Numbered from the stretch's first letter, positions 1-8,904 are shown. The stretch is DNA of 33,386 nt from Gemmatimonadota bacterium (GCA_038153405.1 JAYOYH010000019.1:51076-84461); one strand, 5' to 3'. Numbers and translations are program-made. The notes: generated by a model from the letters alone, not told the origin.

Positions 1-3000
1 GTAGATGATGCCTCCACTGCCGATCCGCTGGGCGAATGGCTGATGGAGACTTCGTTTGAAGATGCTACGGCGGTTCCCGGCGTCACCTACTACTACTTTG
101 TTCGCGCTGCCACTGATGCAGATGGCCAACGCGTCGGGGCGGTGGTTGTCGACCGCGTCCATCGCCCGTTGGCTTCTGTGCCGGATTTGCGGGCCGAAGG
201 GGGAGATCCCGATCGGGTTGTTATCCGTTGGAACACAGTTGAGAACGCCTCGCACTATCAGGTGTACCGAGGCGAGTGGCCCTATCCAGAGCGCTCGGCA
301 CCGGTAACGGGTTGGTTGCAAGGGACGGAGTGGATCGACACAAGCGCGCGCCCGGGCGTGGTCTACTACTACTTCGCACGCGCTGCCGTCGATGGGCAGG
401 GGATGAATCCGGGACCACTGAGCGCGGCGCAAAGCACGTATCGCACCCTGCGCGGTCCTTCTATCCTGAGTGTGTCGCGCAGCGCCAGCGGCGATGTTTC
501 GCTGCTGTGGACTGGGGTAGAGGGCGCTTCGCACTACCGAATCTACCGTTCGGCGAATGCGGATACGAGTAAGGCCGAACCGCTGGCCGGCTGGCAGTCG
601 GATGTCGGCTACGTCGATGAGCAGGCAGAGCCGGGAGTGTCCTATCACTATTTCGTGCGCGCCGCCACCAGCAATCTGGGCCATCGCGCCAGCGCCTTTG
701 GCGGCGGTGGGCAGGGCGTGCGCAGCGTGCAGCCTCCGGTGACGGTGTTGGGGTCGACGGGGGGCATCGAGGGCGTGCGCATCGCCTGGACGCCGGTGAG
801 CGGTGCGACGCACTATCAGGTATACCGCACGAGCGATCTGCAGAATATCACGATCTATCCGATAAGCGATTGGCAGGCGGCTACGTTCTTTGACGACGTA
901 GATACCGCTCCCGGGGTGTCCTATCACTACTGGGTGCGTGCGGCATCGAGTTCGTCCGGTGAGGCGGCCAGCAACTTTAGCGACGGTATTGTTGCTTACC
1001 GCGGGCTGCAGCCGCCGGCGCCGCCACTCGTGTCGCAGGGCATCGTCAATGCGGCGCACGTGCGCTGGGATGGGGTGTCTGGGGGACGCTACTATCGGTT
1101 ATATCGCGGCGTTTCGAGCGATGCCTCCAACGCGGTAGCGGTCAGCGGGTGGATGGCCGAGACGAGCTGGATCGACTCGACCCAGGCACCGGGACAGACA
1201 GTGCACTACTTCGTGCGCGCGGCCGCAGATTCGGTCGGAGGGCATTCTAGCGCACTGAGCGAAGTTGGCAGTGGCTATGTTGGCCTGCAGCCGCCGTCTG
1301 TCATACAGGCGACTACGGGCGATAGCACCCAAGTGCGCTTGGAGTGGTCTGCCGCCACCGGGGCGACGCATTACCAAGTCTATCGGTCGATGGTCGGCGA
1401 TGTGCTGGCGGCCCAGGCACTGGGCGAAGGGTGGCAGACGGGTACGGCGTTTGTCGATCTCCACGTCGCTGCGGAACAGACGTACTACTACTTCGTGCGC
1501 GCGGCTATGGCGGTGGATGGTCAGATGGCCAGCGACTACAGTGCCGGCGTGCGCGGCTACGCGTCGGTGTCGCCACCTGCCGACTTCCAGGTTGTGCCCA
1601 CCGAGGGGCGGATCTCCCTGAGCTGGTCTGCCAACGGCGAGTTCGATATCGTCGAATACCGGGTGTATGGCGCATCGCATCCCGATTCGCTCGTGCACAT
1701 TGCCTCCATTGCGCCTAGTGTATTTCCCAAGGTGGATATATCCAGCGTATTTCCCTTGCCAGAATGGTTCAATTTGTTGGATATGGGACTGAGCCTGTCG
1801 GATGATCGCCAGAAGCTCGCCGAGGCTTTTGAACGCATGTTTGAACGCGCGCCGACCGATTTTGAAGTGGGAGAGCTCTATGGCGGACGGCGTCTATCTC
1901 GCGACGATATTGCGCAGGTGAGAAACGATAAGTCATACTTCTTTAGCGTCGTAGCGGTCAATGCCAGCGGTCGCGTTAGTGCACCGAGCGGCGGCAATGT
2001 CTATGCATCGTCTGACGTGCCGCTGAGTGTGAGAGCGCACGATGCTGGACCTGTTGAGCTGAGCTGGTCTCCAGTGTGGGGCGCGACCTATTATCAAGTC
2101 TATCGGCACGTCGAAAATCGCGCAGAGCTGGCCGAGCCGCTGAGCGGATGGCAGCAGGCACTGCGCTGGGCAGATGATAGCGCCGCGCCGGGCGTGCAGT
2201 ACTACTACTTCCTACGCGCTGCGCAAACGGCCAACGGTGACGGAGCTAGCGCACTGAGTCCCGGCTTTGTGGGCATGCGCGGCTTGGCGGCGCCGACCGT
2301 GGTGGCCGCTACCCGCGAATTGGCCGACCGAGTGCACATTAATTGGATCGAAGTGCCGGGGGCCGTGGCCTACCGCATCTACCACAACGTGCAAAACGAT
2401 GCGCAAACGGCCCAGCCGATATCACCTTGGCAGACCGAAACGGCGCTCGAACATCTAGCTGCCTTGCCGGGCGACAATTTTTACTGGGTGCGCGCAGCCA
2501 ATAGTGTCGATGGTGGTTTTGCTAGCGCCCTGAGTACGGTCGGCGTTGGGCGGCGAACCGGACCGCTGGTCTCGCCGTCCTCGGTCGAGGCCTCGTGGGG
2601 CAATTTTAAGGACTATGTGCGCGTGCACTGGGAGCGCGAGCCAGCGGCGGCTTTTGCGCGCTTGTACAGGTCTGTCACTGACGACCCGCAGCAGGCCGAG
2701 CCGATAAGCGAATGGGTGCCGTGGAGCCTTTTTGAAGATCGAACGGCCGATCCCGACCAGAAATATTACTATTATGTGCAAGTAGCCAGCAGCGCGGAAG
2801 GAGCGCACGCCACTGGGCTCAGCCCTGCTGCTGCGGGTTTGCGCAGCGGCGCCATTCTAGTCCCGCAGGGTCTGCAGACGGAAATGACGTCGGGGCGCAT
2901 ATCGCTCAGCTGGGAGCCCAATCCAGAGGAAGATGTACTGCGCTATCGAGTCTATGCCGGATACGAACCCGAGGGGTTAACGCTGATTGACTCCGTGCGC

Positions 3001-3624
3001 GCAGACGGCGACCTGCGCGCTGATATCGCCGATATCGTACCGCTACCGGAGGCGTTCAATTTGTGGGATATGGGGCTCGGTATCAACGCTACTCGCGCGG
3101 AGATTTCTGCGCGGTTTACTGCCTACTTTGGTCGCGAACCGCTGGTGCCGTGGGTAGATGAACTCTTTGCCGGTCGTCGTCTGCACAAGGCCAACATCAC
3201 CCATTTGGAAGTGGGTCGCACCTATTTTTTCAAGATCGTTGCCGTCAATGTCAGCCAGCAGCAGAGCAGCATGTCGCGGCCAACGGAGGTGCTCGTGACG
3301 GAACGGGTCGCTGGTAAGAGCGCGTTCGAAGCGGTTGATGAGCCCCTGGTTACGGGCGTTGGAAACAATGCGCCTAATCCGTTCAATGCATCGACACTGC
3401 TGCGTTTTTCGCTGGGAGAAGACGCCGACGCGGTGCTGGTGATATACGACATCTTGGGTAGAGAGGTGCGACGGCTCGTCGACGGGCCCATGGCGGCCGG
3501 GCGCTATACTATGGCGTGGGATAGTCGCGACGAAGCGGGGCGGTTGGCGGCTAGTGGCGTCTACTTCTACGCGCTGCAGACGAGCGCGCGCCAGTATACT
3601 GGACGGATGCTGTTGGTGCGCTAA
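1..3624 (+). CDS. Large secreted fibronectin type III repeat protein (at least 11 FN3-like domains) with C-terminal FlgD-Ig/T9SS-type sorting domain; 5' truncated by window edge
   Basis: Frame is open from base 1 (VDDASTADPLGEWL precedes the ATG at 43 and matches the repeat consensus). It has ~93-aa repeats with W...Y(Q/R)(V/I)YR...W...D....PG..Y.Y(F/W)VRAA. The C-terminus reads NAPNPFN...IYDILGREV...GVYFY...RMLLVR. Confidence 0.88.
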   Translation, partial: VDDASTADPLGEWLMETSFEDATAVPGVTYYYFVRAATDADGQRVGAVVVDRVHRPLASVPDLRAEGGDPDRVVIRWNTVENASHYQVYRGEWPYPERSAPVTGWLQGTEWIDTSARPGVVYYYFARAAVDGQGMNPGPLSAAQSTYRTLRGPSILSVSRSASGDVSLLWTGVEGASHYRIYRSANADTSKAEPLAGWQSDVGYVDEQAEPGVSYHYFVRAATSNLGHRASAFGGGGQGVRSVQPPVTVLGSTGGIEGVRIAWTPVSGATHYQVYRTSDLQNITIYPISDWQAATFFDDVDTAPGVSYHYWVRAASSSSGEAASNFSDGIVAYRGLQPPAPPLVSQGIVNAAHVRWDGVSGGRYYRLYRGVSSDASNAVAVSGWMAETSWIDSTQAPGQTVHYFVRAAADSVGGHSSALSEVGSGYVGLQPPSVIQATTGDSTQVRLEWSAATGATHYQVYRSMVGDVLAAQALGEGWQTGTAFVDLHVAAEQTYYYFVRAAMAVDGQMASDYSAGVRGYASVSPPADFQVVPTEGRISLSWSANGEFDIVEYRVYGASHPDSLVHIASIAPSVFPKVDISSVFPLPEWFNLLDMGLSLSDDRQKLAEAFERMFERAPTDFEVGELYGGRRLSRDDIAQVRNDKSYFFSVVAVNASGRVSAPSGGNVYASSDVPLSVRAHDAGPVELSWSPVWGATYYQVYRHVENRAELAEPLSGWQQALRWADDSAAPGVQYYYFLRAAQTANGDGASALSPGFVGMRGLAAPTVVAATRELADRVHINWIEVPGAVAYRIYHNVQNDAQTAQPISPWQTETALEHLAALPGDNFYWVRAANSVDGGFASALSTVGVGRRTGPLVSPSSVEASWGNFKDYVRVHWEREPAAAFARLYRSVTDDPQQAEPISEWVPWSLFEDRTADPDQKYYYYVQVASSAEGAHATGLSPAAAGLRSGAILVPQGLQTEMTSGRISLSWEPNPEEDVLRYRVYAGYEPEGLTLIDSVRADGDLRADIADIVPLPEAFNLWDMGLGINATRAEISARFTAYFGREPLVPWVDELFAGRRLHKANITHLEVGRTYFFKIVAVNVSQQQSSMSRPTEVLVTERVAGKSAFEAVDEPLVTGVGNNAPNPFNASTLLRFSLGEDADAVLVIYDILGREVRRLVDGPMAAGRYTMAWDSRDEAGRLAASGVYFYALQTSARQYTGRMLLVR

Positions 3625-3650
3625 GCGGCGTCAATCTATTCGTGAAGATG

Positions 3651-3684
3651 CGGGGACGAGCGCGGGCTCGTCCCCGTTTTTATT
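3651..3684 (+). terminator. Rho-independent terminator after the FN3 gene
   Basis: CGGGGACGAGC-GCGG-GCTCGTCCCCG is a perfect 11-bp stem followed by TTTTTATT. Confidence 0.85.
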
Positions 3685-3693
3685 GGAGCTCAT

Positions 3694-4338
3694 ATGGCTA
3701 TTGAGACGCTTCGCTATCGAGATATAACGCTGAGCATATCGCCTCGTTCGACGGTGTATCCAGGTGATCCACCGGTTGTCATTGAGGCTTTCACCGGCGT
3801 TGAGGAACACGGCTGTACAACTTCACAAATGCATTTTAGTTTGCACACGGGAACGCATCTCGATGCGCCGTATCATCTTTTCGATGGGGGTGCAACCGTA
3901 GATCAGCTCCCGCTCGACGTGCTCATTGGTCCGGCGCAGCTCTTTGACTTTGGCGATGTGCGATATGGGTTAGGGGCTATCGATATGCGGCGCCAGTGGA
4001 TTGAAGGGACGCGGCGCGTCCTGATAAAAACGGGAGCGAGTTGCCGCCTTAAAGAGCGCGGATTCTGCACGGATTTTGGTTATTTACACGCCGATGCCGC
4101 CGAGTTTTTGGTGCAATCCGGCGTGCAGTTGGTAGGCATTGATTCGCTGTCAGTCGACGGCTTTGACGCTGAAGCGCTGCCGGCACATCGCCTGCTGTTG
4201 GCGGCCGGCGTCGTCATCGTGGAAGCGCTAGATTTACAGGATATCTCGCAGGGGCCGTACGAACTGATATGTCTGCCGATTAAGGTGGAAGCCGACGGTG
4301 CGCCCGTGCGCGCGGCGCTAGCACGGCGCCCCCACTAG
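3694..4338 (+). CDS. Cyclase-family metal-dependent hydrolase (kynurenine formamidase-like)
   Basis: HTGTHLDAPYH metal motif, VGIDSLSVD, H..LL..G..IVE.L and a C-terminal DGAPVRA; GGAG RBS at 3685. Its stop overlaps the rlmI stop (CTAG 4335-4338). Confidence 0.88.
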   Translation: MAIETLRYRDITLSISPRSTVYPGDPPVVIEAFTGVEEHGCTTSQMHFSLHTGTHLDAPYHLFDGGATVDQLPLDVLIGPAQLFDFGDVRYGLGAIDMRRQWIEGTRRVLIKTGASCRLKERGFCTDFGYLHADAAEFLVQSGVQLVGIDSLSVDGFDAEALPAHRLLLAAGVVIVEALDLQDISQGPYELICLPIKVEADGAPVRAALARRPH

Positions 4339-5537
4339 CGCCAGACCTGGGCGATAATGCACTTGAGGTAGCGTCCGTCGGGAAAGGTGGGGTCGACGGG
4401 ATGGTCGGCGGCATGCAGGTTGTAAGATAGAATGCGCGCCTGCATTCGCGCGCTGGTACAGGCGCGGCGCACGACTTCGAAAAAGTCTTCCTGGCTAATC
4501 GGAGTCGAACACGAAGCCGTTACCAGAAGGCCGCCGTCGCGCACTACGCGCATGGCATTGCGGTTGAGTTTGGTGTAGACCCCCATCGCGCGCTTGATCT
4601 GTTCGCGGTCTCTTTTGCGCACGAGTGAAGGCGGGTCGACGACGACGATGTCGTAGCGCGGTCCCCCTTTTGCCAAGTCTTCGATAAAGGGGAAGGCGTC
4701 GGCTACTAAGTAGTGGTGCGCTGCGTTTGGGGGGCGGTTGGCCTCTACGTTGCGCCGTGCCGCAAAAGGTGCGCGCTGCGAAATGTCGACATCGAGTACG
4801 CTGCGCGCGCCGCCGCGCAGTGCGTGGGCCGAGAACGCGCTAGAATAGGCAAATAAATTGAGCACGTCGGTGCCCTGTGCCAGCTGTTGCACCTGAAGTC
4901 GATTGGGCCGCTGGTCGATGAAAAAGCCCGTTTTTTGCCCGCGGTACAGGTCGATAAACAGCCGCACGCCGCCTTCCTCTACTTCGACGAATTCCGGCGG
5001 TTGCTCGCCCCGCAGCAAACCGGTGGGGCGGTCATCAAGCCCTTCGGCGCGGCGCGTTCCGACGTCGCTGCGCTCGTATATGCCGCGGGGTGCGAGCTGT
5101 TTCTCGAGCACATCGAGCGCCATTTCTTTGATCGATTCCATACCTTGCGTATGAATTTGCACGACGAGGAAACCGGCGTAGTCATCTGCGATGAGGCCCG
5201 GCAGGCCGTCTGCCTCTCCGTGCACGAGGCGCAGCGCATTGGTCTGGGCGCGGAGGCCAGCGCGCTGGCGCAGTTGCAGAGCGCGCTCCAAACGTGCGGC
5301 GATAAAGTGCTCGTCGATGCGCTCGTCTGCGTCGCGCGTCAGGGCGCGCACGCGAATCATGGCGCGCGGATTGTAGAACCCCCTACAGACAAAGCGCTCG
5401 TTGGCGTCGAGCACGTCGACGATATCGCCGGGGCCGGCATCGGGTTTTTTTGCCACGGCACCGCTAAAGACCCAGGGGTGGCCGTTGCGCAGCGAATACT
5501 CGCTGTTTTTGCGCAATAGCAGAGGAGGATAGTTCAC
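4335..5537 (-). CDS. rlmI: Class I SAM-dependent rRNA methyltransferase, RlmI type (23S m5C1962)
   Basis: PUA-like N-terminus GHPWVFSG, HGEADGLPGL, GQKTGFFIDQR, LNLFAY, VVDPP and SCS. Start moved to the GTG at 5537 (VNYPPLLL), where family similarity begins. Confidence 0.85.
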   Translation of the reverse strand: MNYPPLLLRKNSEYSLRNGHPWVFSGAVAKKPDAGPGDIVDVLDANERFVCRGFYNPRAMIRVRALTRDADERIDEHFIAARLERALQLRQRAGLRAQTNALRLVHGEADGLPGLIADDYAGFLVVQIHTQGMESIKEMALDVLEKQLAPRGIYERSDVGTRRAEGLDDRPTGLLRGEQPPEFVEVEEGGVRLFIDLYRGQKTGFFIDQRPNRLQVQQLAQGTDVLNLFAYSSAFSAHALRGGARSVLDVDISQRAPFAARRNVEANRPPNAAHHYLVADAFPFIEDLAKGGPRYDIVVVDPPSLVRKRDREQIKRAMGVYTKLNRNAMRVVRDGGLLVTASCSTPISQEDFFEVVRRACTSARMQARILSYNLHAADHPVDPTFPDGRYLKCIIAQVWR

Positions 5538-5766
5538 GCGTGTCCGTTCAATAGTGGGTGATTTCGTGGGTCGTTTGTCGAGACGGTTGGCTGCGCGCCG
5601 CCCCGGTTGGCGCTGATCGCTGATTGGGATATCCAGCGCATAGCTTTTCAAAGATCGCTTGCAAAGCGAATTATGGCCAGAAGCGATGCGCTAATACCTG
5701 CCTGCCAGAGCCTGAAATTTTAGGTGTCGGCCCCCGTGATGCTGCGATCGATGGCTGGCCGCAACG

Positions 5767-6891
5767 CTAGTTGCGCTGGGTGGATTCCTCAATATCGCTA
5801 GCGCAGCGGAAGCCGATAAACTCAGAACCGCGGAGTGGATTGTGGTAGGTGCGCGCGCTGGCGCGTAGTTCGTCTGCCGCGTGGTTCCACGATCCGCCGC
5901 GCACGACGCGGTAGCTGCCGGTGTCCGGTCCTTGGGGGTTGCTCGGTGCGCTCTGCGCGTAGTAGGTCGGATCCCACCAATCCTGCACCCACTCGGCTAC
6001 ATTGCCCGCCATATGGTGCACGCCTTCGGGCGTGCTGCCGTGCAGCGGGTGGTGCGCGTCTACGGCAGCGCTTCCCTCATAGCGGGCCCGTTCGGGGGAG
6101 GGCACACTATCGCCCCAGGGATAGGTGCGCTGGGCGCTGCCGCGCGCGGCATATTCCCATTCGGCCTCTGTGGGTAGGCGCGCGCCGCGCGTTGCGCAAA
6201 ATGCGCTAGCGTCTGACCAGCTAACGCGGGTGGCGGGTAGATCGGGATCGCTCAGGTCGGCCTCCAGCTTGCGGCCCTGTTGCACTAGCCAGTCTTCAAA
6301 GGCGATCCGGCGCACTTCGTAGCGGTCGAGCTGAAAAGCATCGATCTGCACTGTGTGCACAGGGCGTTCGTCGAGCAGTCCATCGGCCGAACCCATGGCG
6401 AACTGGCCGGTGGCAATGCGCACCATCTCGACGGGGCGCAGCAGGCTGGCGCGCGCAACGAGGCGATGGGCGAGGACAGCGGCAGCGGGTTTGATATCGC
6501 GCCCCTGTATCCCGAGGTTCTGCGCTTCGACCTGCAATATAGCATTGGTCGCCACATCGATGACCTTTGCCGTCAGTTGATGTTCGAGGCCCGTGCGGTG
6601 CGTCTGCAAAAAAACGAGCTGCTGCACGTTGAGGTGGCGGCCAATGTCGACGGCGCGATCCTGCTCCGTCACGCCGCTCTGCTGCAGGGAAACCTCCTTT
6701 AGTACTTCTTCGACGCGCTTGCGTTCAACCAAGACAAAACGACCGCTCTTCTGCAGCGCCTGCTCAACGAGAGACTGGGCGTAATCGGCATTCGGCCCGG
6801 TCTCGGCCACTACCGCAACGGCTATCTGTGCGGGTTGGGCAAGCACGTAACTGGATGCGAGGAGGAAGAGGAGAATGCACTGTTGAACCAT
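5767..6891 (-). CDS. Exported protein with N-terminal CsgG/TolB-like domain and C-terminal FGE-sulfatase (SUMF1-like) domain
   Basis: Signal peptide MVQQCILLFLLASSYVLA. F.LVER..V..VL.E..LQQSG is a CsgG-like motif. FAMGS, RLPTEAEWEYAARG, MAGNVAEW, RVVRGGSW and IGFRC are FGE-fold motifs. Confidence 0.85.
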   Translation of the reverse strand: MVQQCILLFLLASSYVLAQPAQIAVAVVAETGPNADYAQSLVEQALQKSGRFVLVERKRVEEVLKEVSLQQSGVTEQDRAVDIGRHLNVQQLVFLQTHRTGLEHQLTAKVIDVATNAILQVEAQNLGIQGRDIKPAAAVLAHRLVARASLLRPVEMVRIATGQFAMGSADGLLDERPVHTVQIDAFQLDRYEVRRIAFEDWLVQQGRKLEADLSDPDLPATRVSWSDASAFCATRGARLPTEAEWEYAARGSAQRTYPWGDSVPSPERARYEGSAAVDAHHPLHGSTPEGVHHMAGNVAEWVQDWWDPTYYAQSAPSNPQGPDTGSYRVVRGGSWNHAADELRASARTYHNPLRGSEFIGFRCASDIEESTQRN

Positions 6892-6947
6892 ACGGCACCG
6901 CGCGCTAAGGAGTTAGTTGAAGGTTATGGGCACAACGGTGAGACGCC

Positions 6948-8291
6948 TCAGCTGAGATGGCGTTTCGCCTCGCTGTGCACCAGCGCGCGCAGCTGCGGAT
7001 CGTCTGTGCAGAAAATGCGGAAGATTTTGGCTTGGTCTTCAAAGTTGTGCAGCAAGGAGTCGCGCAGGCGGGTGACTTCCGGATCGTCAAAGGTGAGCGG
7101 GTCGGTCTTGTCGGAAGGAATTTCGTCGCCGTAGAACACTTTGAGATCGACTTCAGGGCTCTTGTTAAAGCCGGGTATGTCGATGAGAATCTCGTGTCCG
7201 GACAGCGGTCGTCCGAGTTTTTCGGAAAAAACGCGGCAAAGCTCGATTTCCTTTGCGCGGCGCTTGTCCGGGTTGTGGAAGAGGTCGTAGAGGTAGTGCA
7301 TTAAATCGCGCTTGCGTTCGCTTGGATGGATGACGGCGCCTACCTTGTACAGTCGGCGATAAATCGTGCCGTCGAGCAGCGCGGCCGAACCGGCAAGGTC
7401 GAGGCGCCGCTGCTCTGCCTGTAGCATCGCCACCAGTTCGCTTTCGGTCAGCCGGTGAAAACGACCGCCGTCGAGCTGACAGTCAGGGTGCAAGAGGATA
7501 TCCTGCACAGCCCGCTTGAACATGGCCGATGCCGACCGCACACCGTGATGCCAGTAGACGTTGCGGTACATGAGGTAGTTGGTGAAGACGAGGGCCTCCA
7601 CGGCGGATACGCCCTTGCTGGTGATGGCCAGGCGCTTGCGCACGGGATCGAATTTGATCGACGAGGCCAGGCGGTCGCGGTTGACGCTCTCGCCAAATGG
7701 AACGCCGCAGAACATGGAGTCGCGCAGGAGATAATCGATTTTGTCTGGGTCGAGCGTGCCGCTGAGAATATTAGCCAGCAGCAGGTCGTTGGCAGGTATA
7801 TCGCAGTCCTTGCTCTTGTAATCGATTACGTTGGCCACGCGCAGCGGATCGATGTTAAACTCTTCGCGCAGGATGCGGTATATGGGGCCGCTGTCGTCTA
7901 AGATGATCTGCCGAGCCCGCGCTTCGTGTAGCACGAAAAACGGCATCAGTTCTTCTAACGTGTGCGAAAATGGGTAGTGGCCAATGTCGTGCAGCAGCGT
8001 AGCAGCCACGAATACGCGCACATCCTCGTCCTCTAACTGCAGCGGCGGATCCGATACGAGCAGGCGCGAAAGAAATTGCTTGGCCAGATGATAGACGCCG
8101 AGCGAGTGTTCAAAGCGCGAATGGCGCGCACCCGGATAAACGAGATGGACATACCCGAGTTGCGTGATATTGCGAAGGCGTTGGAAGTCTTCGGTGTCTA
8201 CGAGGGCGAGGACAGGAGGGGGTAGGTGGATGTAGCCCCACACCGGATCGCGAATAGCTTTGCCTTGGTCGGCGAGGAGTGGATGTTCCAT
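6948..8291 (-). CDS. HD-domain phosphohydrolase, SAMHD1-like / dNTP triphosphohydrolase family
   Basis: IRDPVWGYI, FQRLR.I.QLG, VYPGARHSRFEHSLG, LLHDIGH.PFSH and D.DKIDYLLRD. Confidence 0.88.
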   Translation of the reverse strand: MEHPLLADQGKAIRDPVWGYIHLPPPVLALVDTEDFQRLRNITQLGYVHLVYPGARHSRFEHSLGVYHLAKQFLSRLLVSDPPLQLEDEDVRVFVAATLLHDIGHYPFSHTLEELMPFFVLHEARARQIILDDSGPIYRILREEFNIDPLRVANVIDYKSKDCDIPANDLLLANILSGTLDPDKIDYLLRDSMFCGVPFGESVNRDRLASSIKFDPVRKRLAITSKGVSAVEALVFTNYLMYRNVYWHHGVRSASAMFKRAVQDILLHPDCQLDGGRFHRLTESELVAMLQAEQRRLDLAGSAALLDGTIYRRLYKVGAVIHPSERKRDLMHYLYDLFHNPDKRRAKEIELCRVFSEKLGRPLSGHEILIDIPGFNKSPEVDLKVFYGDEIPSDKTDPLTFDDPEVTRLRDSLLHNFEDQAKIFRIFCTDDPQLRALVHSEAKRHLS

Positions 8292-8300
8292 AGGAACGCC

Positions 8301-8329
8301 AATCTAGGGCGGTGAAAAAACCCTGTCAA
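8301..8329 (-). promoter_or_regulatory. Sigma70-type promoter for the HD gene (likely near-leaderless mRNA)
   Basis: Minus strand TTGACA (8329-8324), 17-bp spacer, TAGATT (8306-8301), ending 9 nt before the ATG at 8291; no SD sequence. Confidence 0.6.
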
Positions 8330-8410
8330 GCGATAAATTCACCGCGCCCTCCATTTCAGAAGCCATTATTTAAAATGCACTTAGGTCTTTTTTTGCCACG
8401 CGAGTAATTA

Positions 8411-8438
8411 TTGACAGACAGAGAATTATACCTATTTT
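8411..8438 (+). promoter_or_regulatory. Putative sigma70-type promoter for the ndk-fab block
   Basis: TTGACA (8411-8416), 16-bp spacer, TATTTT (8433-8438) in an AT-rich divergent intergenic region. Confidence 0.45.
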
Positions 8439-8497
8439 AAGTGACTTGCATAAAAAGTGTGTCGCAAGAAAAAACGCCAACGATAGGAAGCGGAGTA

Positions 8498-8902
8498 ATG
8501 CCAGATCAGACGTTGATGATTGTCAAACCCGATGCGGTGGCAAAGAATGCCATCGGCCAGATTATTGCTCGCGTAGAGGGCGACGGTTTTGTCGTGCGTC
8601 AGCTGCGTCTGCTGCATCTGAGCCGCCAACAGGCTGAGTCCTTTTACGAAGTGCACAAAGAGCGTCCCTTTTACGGCGAACTCGTCGACTTTATGACCTC
8701 CGGCCCGGCCGTGCCGATGGTGCTCGAGCGCGAGGATGCCGTGCCGCACTTGCGCGAATTTATCGGACCGACAAACAGCAATGAAGCGCCGGCGGGAACC
8801 ATCCGCGGCGATTTCGGTACCGACGTCCAGTGCAATGCCGTGCACGCGTCGGATTCGCCAGAGAATGCTGCGCACGAGATCGCCTTTTTCTTCGGAGACT
8901 GA
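8498..8902 (+). CDS. ndk: Nucleoside diphosphate kinase
   Basis: TLMIVKPDAV, FYEVHKERPFYGELVDFMTSGP, GTIRGDFG and the NAVHASD catalytic His; GGAG just before the ATG at 8498. Confidence 0.96.
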   Translation: MPDQTLMIVKPDAVAKNAIGQIIARVEGDGFVVRQLRLLHLSRQQAESFYEVHKERPFYGELVDFMTSGPAVPMVLEREDAVPHLREFIGPTNSNEAPAGTIRGDFGTDVQCNAVHASDSPENAAHEIAFFFGD

Positions 8903-8904
8903 GC

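Noticed and set aside
1..3300. CRISPR or DNA tandem repeat array suggested by recurring 'tactacttcgtgcgcgc' strings
   Set aside because: The spacing of about 280 bp is in frame and reflects protein FN3 repeats (YYFVRAA); there are no constant repeats with spacers and no cas genes.
5538..5651. 38-aa N-terminal extension of RlmI
   Set aside because: Low-complexity and not family-like; similarity begins at the GTG at 5537.
5767..5900. C-terminal CLec/FGE region as a diversity-generating retroelement variable repeat
   Set aside because: No second near-identical template repeat and no reverse transcriptase seen in the window.
6948..8291. HD protein as an anti-phage defence system or Cas3 HD domain
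   Set aside because: The motifs fit the housekeeping SAMHD1-like family; there is no helicase, cas or defence-island context.
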